The translations under genes were made by a program, and so were the position numbers. A DNA stretch of 64,000 nt from a virus (taxonomy: Duplodnaviria > Caudoviricetes). The DNA lies in IMG/VR virus record IMGVR_UViG_3300027374_000002, positions 1 through 64,000 of that record; one strand, written 5' to 3'. The first letter of the stretch is position 1. Each line of letters opens with the position of its first letter. This document shows, in pieces, positions 56,325 to 64,000 of this stretch. The notes under the pieces are model-generated. The model was not told the DNA's origin, did no database searches, and saw only the letters and a program-made list of their open reading frames with translations.

Positions 56325-58227
56325 TAGGTATTACCTCCTGTGGCGTTATGCCAGTTAATTCTTGATTTATGTACGTTTGCAATTCCTCAAAGCCTGTCAC
56401 TCGGATTTGCTTTCCGGTTTCAAATAATTGACCTTCCATTCGTATTTTCCAATCCGACTCGCTTTGATTTGCAAGCGCGGAGAGAGTCTGCTCGTGTAAA
56501 TAGTACGGCTTACCGAAACTATCGGTCCACGCTTGCGGTATTGCACGGATGCGGTTGCGCGAGGGGGTATAAGGTTGGACTGTACCTTTGCCGCCAGCTT
56601 CGGTTGCTTCCTGGCTTGTTAAAACATAGGACTTGAAGAACGCTTCCGAATTGGTGGTATCAAAGATGTACGCGATTTCATTATCCTTTTCATATAGTGA
56701 ACCGATGATGCGGTAACGGCAATCGGCGTTCCATCCGAAAAGCGAGAAGAGGGTGTCGTTGAAAGCGGCGGTTGATATCGGGCGAGAGTAGTATACCTTC
56801 TCTGATATCTTCGAGCAGATGACAGCCTGACGGTTTGATTTGTCAGTTGTGCGAATGGCGAATTTCTTTTCTATCGGATTAATCAATAGTTCGATGTAAT
56901 TTCTTTCGCCCAGCTTCCGGATGCACTCGGTGCTTAACTTGAGCTTTTTCTCTGCAAAGGTAATAGAGGGGCGGCGGACACTATCGAAGAATTCAGTGCG
57001 TGTTATTTCAAACCCGCGCATGTCAAAGTCTCCGGCTTCAACAGGTATCTTTATTTCCTGCGGGACTTGGGGTTCTGCGGGTTGCTCATTTTCCGGAGTG
57101 GTGTAAACGCTGTTCGCAGCTTCGAAATAGTCTATTTCCTTGAAGCCTGCCCAGCGGGGGTTGATAACAACAAAACCCTTTAATATGCCGCTGTCAATTA
57201 CGCGAAGTTCCGGAAGGAAGGATTTATTCCTGTATTTGGCATTATCCAGCATGCGCTGAACCGCAATGAAATCATCTCTTGATACAATGGCTTCATGGTG
57301 CTTGTGGTATCTGCTTTGGGGACGGTCTCCGCGATTTTTTACAGACTTATGATCGCGGTAATTTGGCGTGAATGTTTTTCGGGTAAGAACATCGCCGCAG
57401 TGTCGCTCGTTGCGTAGGATTTGAACTACACCGCTTGAAGTCCACTTGTTTGTGTTTCCGAGATATGACTTTCTGCCGAGCGCGTTCAAAGTGTCCGCTA
57501 TCTGCTGCGTTGAGTAACCATAAAGATACATATAAAATGTGAGCTTTACGGTGGGTGCTTCTTCTGGATTGATGATTAAATTCCCATCTTCATCGTGCGT
57601 ATAACCGAGCAGCTTCGGAGTAAGGGGAATGCCATGGTCCAAGCGCATACGCAGAGAGGTTTCCATACTGCGGCTGCGGGTGTGTGATTCTTCCTCTGCC
57701 ATAGTTGCTTGGAAGGACAGCGCCATTTGCGAATCGTCATTCAAAGAGAAGATGCATTCCGATTCAAAGAAAACTCCGACAGGGGGTTTCAATTCAGCAA
57801 GGTCGCGCGTAAGTCCGATGCAGTCAACCACGTTTCTGGCAAAACGCGAAACGCTTTTTGTAATGATAAGGTCAGCTTCGCCGGCTTTGCAGTCGGCAAT
57901 CATCTGGTTGAAATTATCGCGGTGTAGGCGGGAGGTTCCGCTTATGCCTTCGTCTGCGTAAATTTTGATAAGAGTCCAGTGGGGGTGCTTCTGTACGAAT
58001 TCTTCATAGTATTGTCTTTGAAGCTCGAAGGAAGTGGTCTGCCGGACATCGTCTGTCGAAACGCGGACATAAATAACCACCCGCATAGGCGTATCGTTGT
58101 CATAATAGTCGACTCTTTTCCGCGCGGGTGTGAATTCGTAGTTCTCTTCATCAATTTCAAAGCGCATACGCTTTCGCGTTTTGGCTTTCTCGCGTTCCTT
58201 GGAAACGCGGCGTTCTTCATCAATCAT
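56317..58227 (-). CDS. Large serine recombinase with a novel C-terminal domain
   Basis: IYVRVST, KSVSRFARN, LLGY; no zinc ribbon or coiled coil. Confidence 0.92.
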   Translation of the reverse strand: MIDEERRVSKEREKAKTRKRMRFEIDEENYEFTPARKRVDYYDNDTPMRVVIYVRVSTDDVRQTTSFELQRQYYEEFVQKHPHWTLIKIYADEGISGTSRLHRDNFNQMIADCKAGEADLIITKSVSRFARNVVDCIGLTRDLAELKPPVGVFFESECIFSLNDDSQMALSFQATMAEEESHTRSRSMETSLRMRLDHGIPLTPKLLGYTHDEDGNLIINPEEAPTVKLTFYMYLYGYSTQQIADTLNALGRKSYLGNTNKWTSSGVVQILRNERHCGDVLTRKTFTPNYRDHKSVKNRGDRPQSRYHKHHEAIVSRDDFIAVQRMLDNAKYRNKSFLPELRVIDSGILKGFVVINPRWAGFKEIDYFEAANSVYTTPENEQPAEPQVPQEIKIPVEAGDFDMRGFEITRTEFFDSVRRPSITFAEKKLKLSTECIRKLGERNYIELLINPIEKKFAIRTTDKSNRQAVICSKISEKVYYSRPISTAAFNDTLFSLFGWNADCRYRIIGSLYEKDNEIAYIFDTTNSEAFFKSYVLTSQEATEAGGKGTVQPYTPSRNRIRAIPQAWTDSFGKPYYLHEQTLSALANQSESDWKIRMEGQLFETGKQIRVTGFEELQTYINQELTGITPQEVIPND

Positions 58228-58843
58228 CGGAAGTTCCTTTTTCGGTTATATTTTCTGGGGTAGTATCTTCGGGCAGAACTTTCCAATCCGGTGAGGGAAG
58301 GAAGAAGGTGTCTTTCAGGTCATTCTGGTAATAAGAAGCCAGGGTGAAAATATCCTCCGAAATAAAATAAATCCCGATAGGAGGTGTGTGCGCTGCAAGC
58401 AGTCTGGCGCATAATGTAACCTCGTGCATTTTCTTAGAAACGTTCGAGACCTTCTGGGTTATAATTAAATCGATCTTGCCTTCCATTGCATCGTTTAATA
58501 AACGACTCCATTCGGAAGCGGATTCCATGTTGGGGGCGGTTGCGCCTTCGTCAATATAGAAATCAATGAGCGTCCAATTCGGGCAGAGGTTGATTGTGTC
58601 TTTGAACTGTTGCTTATGAAATGCGAGGTAATCCTCGTACCGGGTTTGATTAAAATACCTAATATAAACGCCAACCTTGAATGGCGTTGCGGGGTTCGGG
58701 AATTCGTGGCGAATACTGTGGAACCAATTTTTATGGTCAGCAACCTTCTGTGCGTGTTCGGAGTTGGTGCCGAAAATTGAAAGCTGCTGGGGCGCGTTTG
58801 CTATTTCCTGAAACTTATTTATAATGTCTATTTCGTTGGGCAT
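58220..58843 (-). CDS. Resolvase-domain-only protein lacking the catalytic Ser
   Basis: VGVYIRYFN in place of YxRVS; FYIDEG, GKIDLIITQKVS; GAGGA RBS before the ATG at 58843. Confidence 0.75.
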   Translation of the reverse strand: MPNEIDIINKFQEIANAPQQLSIFGTNSEHAQKVADHKNWFHSIRHEFPNPATPFKVGVYIRYFNQTRYEDYLAFHKQQFKDTINLCPNWTLIDFYIDEGATAPNMESASEWSRLLNDAMEGKIDLIITQKVSNVSKKMHEVTLCARLLAAHTPPIGIYFISEDIFTLASYYQNDLKDTFFLPSPDWKVLPEDTTPENITEKGTSDD

Positions 58844-58997
58844 AAAAATCCTCAAGGCATAATTATGTGACAATTATAGAGTCCCGCGCCGGAAAAAGGA
58901 ATAAACCAGCGGTCAAGTAAATAACCACTGGTTTATGAAAAAGGCATCTTTTTTGAAATTAATAAAAAAAGAGTGGAGCTGTCTCCACTCTTTCTTG

Positions 58998-59357
58998 TTA
59001 GTCTTCTTTGTTTGTACGCATTGAGGTTTTGATTTCCTGAATGATTTTCAGGAGCGATTCAAGTTCCGCGGCGGTGCAGTCTTTGAAGATTTTTTCGAAC
59101 TCACCTTGATAAATCGAATTGACGGTAGGAACGTTCGGACGAAGGATCTCATCAGCCGACACTCGGATTACCTCGATGATTTTGCAAAAGGTGAGAATGC
59201 TCAGTTGCTTCTTGCCGCATTCAATATCGGAAAGGTGGGAAGCATTGAGGTTCGCAGAATAGGCAACATCCGCTTGCGTTAGCCCCGCGGCTTGCCTTGC
59301 TTCTCGGAGGCGATTTCCGATTTTTTTTAGTTTTTTTGATTCGATATTCTCTTCCAC
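58998..59357 (-). CDS. XRE-family HTH regulator
   Basis: IGNRLREARQAAGLTQADVA..LSDIECG. Confidence 0.9.
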   Translation of the reverse strand: MEENIESKKLKKIGNRLREARQAAGLTQADVAYSANLNASHLSDIECGKKQLSILTFCKIIEVIRVSADEILRPNVPTVNSIYQGEFEKIFKDCTAAELESLLKIIQEIKTSMRTNKED

Positions 59358-59370
59358 GGTTGCACCTCCT

Positions 59371-59454
59371 TCGGCTATAGCTTATATTTTGACCTAATTT
59401 TATCATCTATAGCCGAAATTCAAAATCAGCTATGGACGAGAATATCGGCTATGG
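59371..59454. promoter_or_regulatory. Four TC(G/A)GCTAT(A/G)G boxes between the divergent XRE genes
   Basis: 59371 (+), 59407 (inverted), 59426 (+), 59445 (+). Confidence 0.65.
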
Positions 59455-59494
59455 CATATAATTGAGTGGACTTTTTTTGGAGGAAAAACGAAAG

Positions 59495-59857
59495 ATGGCA
59501 CTCAATTACATTTTACTTGGCAAGCGTGTGAGGGACCTTCGCGTTAAGCGTAAGATGTCCCAGGCAGAACTCTCAGAGCTTATTGAAAAGTCCCCGCCTT
59601 ATGTCAGCTACATAGAGAGCGGAATTAAAAGCCCCAGCCTGGACACGCTCATTTTGCTTGCGAATGCTCTGGGCGTTACTGCTGATATGCTTTTGGCAGA
59701 GAGCCTGGATAACCACCTGATGGTGGATGTGGGGGAATACGCTGAATTGCTCAATGACTGCTCCCCATATGAGCGGAGGGTTTTGATTGAAAATGCGCGG
59801 GCGCTGAAAAAGACGATGCGTGAATACCACTTTTTGTCAAAGCGCAAGAACCGGTAA
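59495..59857 (+). CDS. XRE-family HTH regulator
   Basis: LGKRVRDLR..MSQAELSE..YIESG..PSLDTL; GGAGG RBS. Confidence 0.9.
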   Translation: MALNYILLGKRVRDLRVKRKMSQAELSELIEKSPPYVSYIESGIKSPSLDTLILLANALGVTADMLLAESLDNHLMVDVGEYAELLNDCSPYERRVLIENARALKKTMREYHFLSKRKNR

Positions 59858-59879
59858 TTATATTTTATATTCCAGAGCA

Positions 59880-59940
59880 GAGCGGCGCAATAGACCGACA
59901 GTTATGAAAATGACTGCCGGTTAAAGCGCTGCCTTTTTTA
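59880..59940 (+). terminator. Long imperfect hairpin plus T-run
   Basis: GCGGCGC..GACCG.CAGTTA/TGACTG.CGGTT..GCGCTGC then CTTTTTT. Confidence 0.55.
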
Positions 59941-60045
59941 CATTTTTGCGATTTCCGATTACATTTTCCAAAGCGCCAACTTTTCTATTTTAGAGTATGG
60001 TATAATTTCACCGGAAATATAGCAGCTTCGGCGGTTAAGAGGTAA

Positions 60046-60345
60046 ATGGAAAATATAACATTAGAATATTTATTGCAGAAGCACTTCGGTTTGAAAGGAA
60101 ACCTTTATCTTAAAAAACCCGAAGTTGTGGGTTATGTAGGAGGGAACCGCAGCCGGGGTGATTATGATCCACCTTCGCCTGAATATCGGTATTTTACGAA
60201 AGCGGGGTGCAGAGCATACGCCCGGTTCACCGATTTTATATTCGATTTTTCCAAGCATGTGCGTTTGCATATGAGCGAAGAGCTGGGAAAAGAAATCACA
60301 AGGTTGGTGGACCTATTTGACAATTACGAATACTGCTCGGAATAG
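60046..60345 (+). CDS. Hypothetical protein
   Basis: AGAGG RBS; extended -10 TGgTATAAT near 60001. Confidence 0.7.
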   Translation: MENITLEYLLQKHFGLKGNLYLKKPEVVGYVGGNRSRGDYDPPSPEYRYFTKAGCRAYARFTDFIFDFSKHVRLHMSEELGKEITRLVDLFDNYEYCSE

Positions 60346-60984
60346 GTGGTGGCTATGTGGAAAGGGAAGAAGGTCCCCTGGTATTCTTTTGAGCTTGACG
60401 ATTATTCTGCGCCAAGCTGCACTTCGTTTACAAAACTGTTCTTCGGCTCGGTTGAAGATTTCAAGAAGATGCTTGAAAATATTCCCGCCGGCAAAATGGA
60501 CGAATTAAAAAATACCTTTGAGCATTTTGAAGCGGGGGAAAGAAGAATAACTCATTATGCGGGCTACATTAAAACTCGGTTCGCAATTTCGGTTCAGGTT
60601 CTGGACGAGAAATCGTTTGATTTGGAAGACGTGAATTATCTTTACGAGAACTCGTATGGCTTTTATTATCGGGTTCGTTTTTCGCGTGCTTCCGGGACAG
60701 CCTATTTGCTGAAAAGGAATAAAATGTTTTACATTGCGTACCGCGTTAAAATTGAGAACGCGGAATATCGTGGTACGCAAAATCCAGACGAACGGTGGCA
60801 CCCGCTTGGCGATATGATTTGGGGGCATCCGGGGGTGTTAAAGTTAGAGGCTAAATCGCTCAAAAACACTCTCGCCTTAATCGAGTCGAGCTTTGAAAAC
60901 GAGCAGGTTGCAAGGGCAAGATTTGACGATTTGTCTTTGTGTGACTGGTCATCATTTTTTGAAGAGGTATTTGGTGATGGTTGA
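60346..60984 (+). CDS. Hypothetical protein
   Basis: 212-aa operonic ORF. Confidence 0.7.
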   Translation: MVAMWKGKKVPWYSFELDDYSAPSCTSFTKLFFGSVEDFKKMLENIPAGKMDELKNTFEHFEAGERRITHYAGYIKTRFAISVQVLDEKSFDLEDVNYLYENSYGFYYRVRFSRASGTAYLLKRNKMFYIAYRVKIENAEYRGTQNPDERWHPLGDMIWGHPGVLKLEAKSLKNTLALIESSFENEQVARARFDDLSLCDWSSFFEEVFGDG

Positions 60985-61309
60985 AAAACAAGAAGAAGCA
61001 AAAAAGTATCCGGTAGTGCTTGAATTAGACGGAATTTATTATCGAGTTTGTCGTGACGAAAAATGGCAAAATAGATGCTTCTCGGACCTGACTAAAACAG
61101 AACAAGAAGCGTTTATGTCCACGCTCTCTCCGGAAGGATTGAAGCGAATTTGTCTCGTCTTGTCGGAAAGTTTAAGGACGGTTGCTTCGGTGGCTTTGAG
61201 TCTCGAAATGCAGATGGAAATTAATAAAGGGTTGGAGCAGGCGAGAGCCGGAAATTTTATTCCCGCGGAAGAGGTGTTTGCCGAATTCAAAAGGAAGTAT
61301 GGATTATGA
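60977..61309 (+). CDS. Hypothetical protein with an antitoxin-like C-terminal tail
   Basis: INKGLEQARAGNFIPAEEVFAEFKRKYGL. Confidence 0.6.
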   Translation: MVEKQEEAKKYPVVLELDGIYYRVCRDEKWQNRCFSDLTKTEQEAFMSTLSPEGLKRICLVLSESLRTVASVALSLEMQMEINKGLEQARAGNFIPAEEVFAEFKRKYGL

Positions 61310-62364
61310 AAAAGAGAATTAAAGGACATTTATATTTTTTGCAGGACTTGAGACGAGTGAAAGGTGTCTATCGGTATGTGGGAACGGACGATGGAACGCT
61401 GTTCTCTGCGAATTATGGAAGAACAAAAATCTATGCATCGGAACTGCCAGAGTGGTTTGTGTATGGTCGCTTTTATAAGCGGTTCGGCTACCTTTCTACC
61501 AAGGGCATCAAGGCTGTAAGGTATGTTCCGAATTGGCATTCAAATCACTTCTTAAAGGATGACCACTTGCAGATTTCGTATGATAAGACCGAGAGCGAGC
61601 TGGGGGATTATTGGGAAGATACAACTTGGGTTTGGGGTTCGGAAATTTTGGATGTTCTTAAGGGCGCACAGATATACTCGACTTATGACATTACCCCCAT
61701 AATATGCCAGCTTAAAGAGAAAGTAGAGTGGTTGCGGAAAGCTCACCCGGAGGAGTTTAGTGAGGAAAAGTGGCGCTTTGATTTAGAAAAGTGGAAGAAA
61801 GAACCTCTTAAAAACGGATTGCCCCCCAGATATGCTGCGGTTTTAATTAATTCTTGCTTTTGGGGTGCGAAAAAGGAAACCTTGTATGGCAGCGAAGATG
61901 AAATAAAGAAATTCATAGAAAATCTGCCAAGTAATTATGGCAACCCGGAAGAAACCATTCAAGAACTTCAGTACATAAAAAAATCATTTGATTACCTGGA
62001 GGGTTTTGAATTAGAGAGTGTGAATTCCCAGGGCGAGCCATACGAATTACAGTTTTATTCTTCATTGCTTTCGCAAATTCTGTTGCGGGACGGTGACAAA
62101 TATGAGTTGTGTGCTTCGGCAGAAATTATTCGGTTTAAATATCGAAAGAAAGGATGTCAGCTCTGGACTGAATCCAATGACCTGAACACAAATCCAATCG
62201 TTGAAAAAGCGAACCCGGAAGGAACGAACTTCAAGACAAAAGCGTTCATTAGGGTGAAAACCTATGACTCGGCAAAAGAGGCTGTTTCAGAAATGTGGGA
62301 TTCAATTCCGGCAATGACGACAGTGGTGAAGTATATTTTTGGGGCGATAATTAATGAGGGGTAA
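61306..62364 (+). CDS. Hypothetical protein
   Basis: 352-aa ORF coupled by ATGA overlap. Confidence 0.75.
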   Translation: MKKRIKGHLYFLQDLRRVKGVYRYVGTDDGTLFSANYGRTKIYASELPEWFVYGRFYKRFGYLSTKGIKAVRYVPNWHSNHFLKDDHLQISYDKTESELGDYWEDTTWVWGSEILDVLKGAQIYSTYDITPIICQLKEKVEWLRKAHPEEFSEEKWRFDLEKWKKEPLKNGLPPRYAAVLINSCFWGAKKETLYGSEDEIKKFIENLPSNYGNPEETIQELQYIKKSFDYLEGFELESVNSQGEPYELQFYSSLLSQILLRDGDKYELCASAEIIRFKYRKKGCQLWTESNDLNTNPIVEKANPEGTNFKTKAFIRVKTYDSAKEAVSEMWDSIPAMTTVVKYIFGAIINEG

Positions 62365-62824
62365 AGACACAATCGAAGAAAATAAGGCTCTCATTGAAGA
62401 GTTTCCTTTTCTGCTGCCCCGAAACCGGTGGACAGACAAAGTGCCAGAAGATTATGATTTTTCGTACACCGAGCTGGACAATATGCCGGATGGTTGGCGG
62501 TCTGCTTTTGGCGTGCAGATGTGCAGAGAATTAAAAGAAATCCTGGTAAAAGCGGGGGCTTTGACAGACTATCGAATTACCGACATAAAGGAAAAGTACG
62601 GAACGCTTCGGTGGTATGAGAATGGGTTCCCGGTCAAGGCGCAAAGAGAGTACCTTGATTGGCAATCTAAATACTTGAACCTTTCTGAAAGAACCTGCAT
62701 CAAATGCGGGGCAAAGGCAACCAAAATTTCCGTATGTTATATCTCACCTTATTGCAACAAGTGCGCCGGCGAGATGCCCTTTGTGAAGTTTGAAGAATTG
62801 AAAAATAAAGGAAGGAAAAAATGA
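62354..62824 (+). CDS. Phage-like hypothetical protein
   Basis: MPDGW..FG..IKEKYGTLRWY..C..CG. Confidence 0.7.
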   Translation: MRGKDTIEENKALIEEFPFLLPRNRWTDKVPEDYDFSYTELDNMPDGWRSAFGVQMCRELKEILVKAGALTDYRITDIKEKYGTLRWYENGFPVKAQREYLDWQSKYLNLSERTCIKCGAKATKISVCYISPYCNKCAGEMPFVKFEELKNKGRKK

Positions 62825-63000
62825 CTACTTTTGAACCCGAAAAACGGGATATAATTGACGAGCTGAACGAGCTTGTGCTTCGGGCAAATTGGGGAACTGT
62901 TGACCGCATAGATGGGCAACCAAAAGGCGTGGTCATAATTCAAAAAGCCATTGATGAAATTATGCAATTGAGGAAGCTGAAGAGAGGAATAAAAGAATGA
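62821..63000 (+). CDS. 59-aa hypothetical protein (not in the ORF track)
   Basis: MTTFEPEKRDIIDELNELVL..; overlaps both neighbours by ATGA. Confidence 0.6.
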   Translation: MTTFEPEKRDIIDELNELVLRANWGTVDRIDGQPKGVVIIQKAIDEIMQLRKLKRGIKE

Positions 63001-63812
63001 AGTTTTATGTGGTTGCCGATGTTCATGGGTTCTACGACTTGATGATAAAGGCACTAACTGAAAAGGGATATTTCGAAGACACCGAGCCGCACAAGCTCGT
63101 GATTTGTGGTGACCTTTTTGACAGGGGTTCGCAGTCAAAAGAATTAGAAAAATTTGTGGTTGACTTGCTTGAAAAAGACGAAGTGATTTTAATTCGCGGA
63201 AACCATGAGGACCTGATGCTTGACTTGGTAAATAGGCTGGGTGAGTATGTTGTCAGGGGAATCGAACATACGCATCATTACAGAAATCGGACCGTCAGAA
63301 CTTTGATGGATTTGACTCGATGCAGTCTTGGAAAAATAAAGCAGCAGCCCGATGTGGTCGCTGAAAAAATGAGAGCTACACCTTTCCTCAAAAAGATAAT
63401 TCCGGCGATGCTTGACTTCTATGAAACCAAGAGTTATATTTTCGTCCATGGATGGATTCCCTGTCACGCCAGCGGGTATGGAGGGGAAGCCGACTGGTTC
63501 AATTACCAGGAAAATTGGCGAGAAATGCCCAAGAGCGACTGGATGCTTGCACGCTGGTATAATGGAATGCTGGCTGCTTTCCAGGGGTGCTATGAACCTG
63601 GAAAAACAATCGTCTGTGGACACTGGCACTGCGCCTTCGGGCATACTTATTTAGAGAAAAAAGACCTGACACCGGAAGAGATGCGGTCAAGGTCTTTTGA
63701 GAGAGATTGCACTCCGTATTACGGTGAAGGCGTGATTGCTATTGATGCAAGCACTGTCCTGAGCAGGTTTGTGAATTGCATCGTCCTTGAAGACGAAGAA
63801 ATAAATCAATGA
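62997..63812 (+). CDS. Calcineurin-like metallophosphoesterase
   Basis: ADVHG, GDLFDRG, RGNHE, FVHG, VCGHWH. Confidence 0.92.
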   Translation: MKFYVVADVHGFYDLMIKALTEKGYFEDTEPHKLVICGDLFDRGSQSKELEKFVVDLLEKDEVILIRGNHEDLMLDLVNRLGEYVVRGIEHTHHYRNRTVRTLMDLTRCSLGKIKQQPDVVAEKMRATPFLKKIIPAMLDFYETKSYIFVHGWIPCHASGYGGEADWFNYQENWREMPKSDWMLARWYNGMLAAFQGCYEPGKTIVCGHWHCAFGHTYLEKKDLTPEEMRSRSFERDCTPYYGEGVIAIDASTVLSRFVNCIVLEDEEINQ

Positions 63813-63820
63813 GGTGAAAC

Positions 63821-64000
63821 ATGGAAAACTTAACACTTGAAAAAGTCAAGGCGGCAGAGGACTTTCTGAAAATTATGTTTGAGGTCAACCATTCAATAAA
63901 GAAAGTTTCAAAAGAAGAAGTGAGCATCAAACTTGGTGGTCAGGAATTGAAGGTTCCGCTTAATTCGGAAACTTACCAAATTTTGTACGACGCAGTTCGG
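63821..64000 (+). CDS. Hypothetical protein, cut by the window end
   Basis: GAGGTG RBS; MENLTLEKVK.. open to base 64000. Confidence 0.65.
   Translation, partial: MENLTLEKVKAAEDFLKIMFEVNHSIKKVSKEEVSIKLGGQELKVPLNSETYQILYDAVR

Noticed and set aside
55641-56327. 228-aa plus-strand ORF
   Set aside because: Antisense shadow of the coupled minus-strand operon gene.
59991-60006. TTAGAG before the 60046 promoter as a sixth repeat copy
   Set aside because: Different register to the -10 and no T(G/T)GATA box.
1-64000. tRNA, rRNA and IS transposase genes
   Set aside because: No cloverleaf, rRNA signature or DDE/HUH transposase recognised.

Overview
Low-GC Gram-positive (Clostridia-like) accessory or defence region. 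From left to right: (1) the 3' end of a type I RM hsdS gene and a Hachiman-like hamA/hamB pair on the minus strand. (2) A ~42-kb HK97-fold, probably cos-type siphoviral prophage (~5.0-47.0 kb). It has a sigma-region-4 gene, a PolA/Prim-Pol/SNF2 replication module and HNH/TerS. An 8-kb MetK-MTase-PAPS reductase-amidoligase-GGCT insert separates terS from terL. Head and tail genes follow, with a Fic moron, two holin-like genes but no endolysin, and three serine-recombinase genes. (3) Cargo: a lipoprotein, an RNase III operon behind a highly structured ~180-nt leader, zinc-ribbon microproteins and a GmrSD gene flanked by 21-bp direct repeats. (4) A convergent module of dead resolvase, large serine recombinase, two paralogous accessory proteins and two ParB-like proteins, next to a divergent XRE pair. 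(5) An operon of unknown genes with a metallophosphoesterase that runs off the window. No CRISPR array, tRNA or rRNA was seen. The best candidates for undescribed systems are the structured RNA + RNase III + HicA-like operon (48.0-50.9 kb) and the recombinase/triplicated-domain/ParB module (53.3-58.8 kb). All family calls come from motif recognition by eye; no database searches were run.
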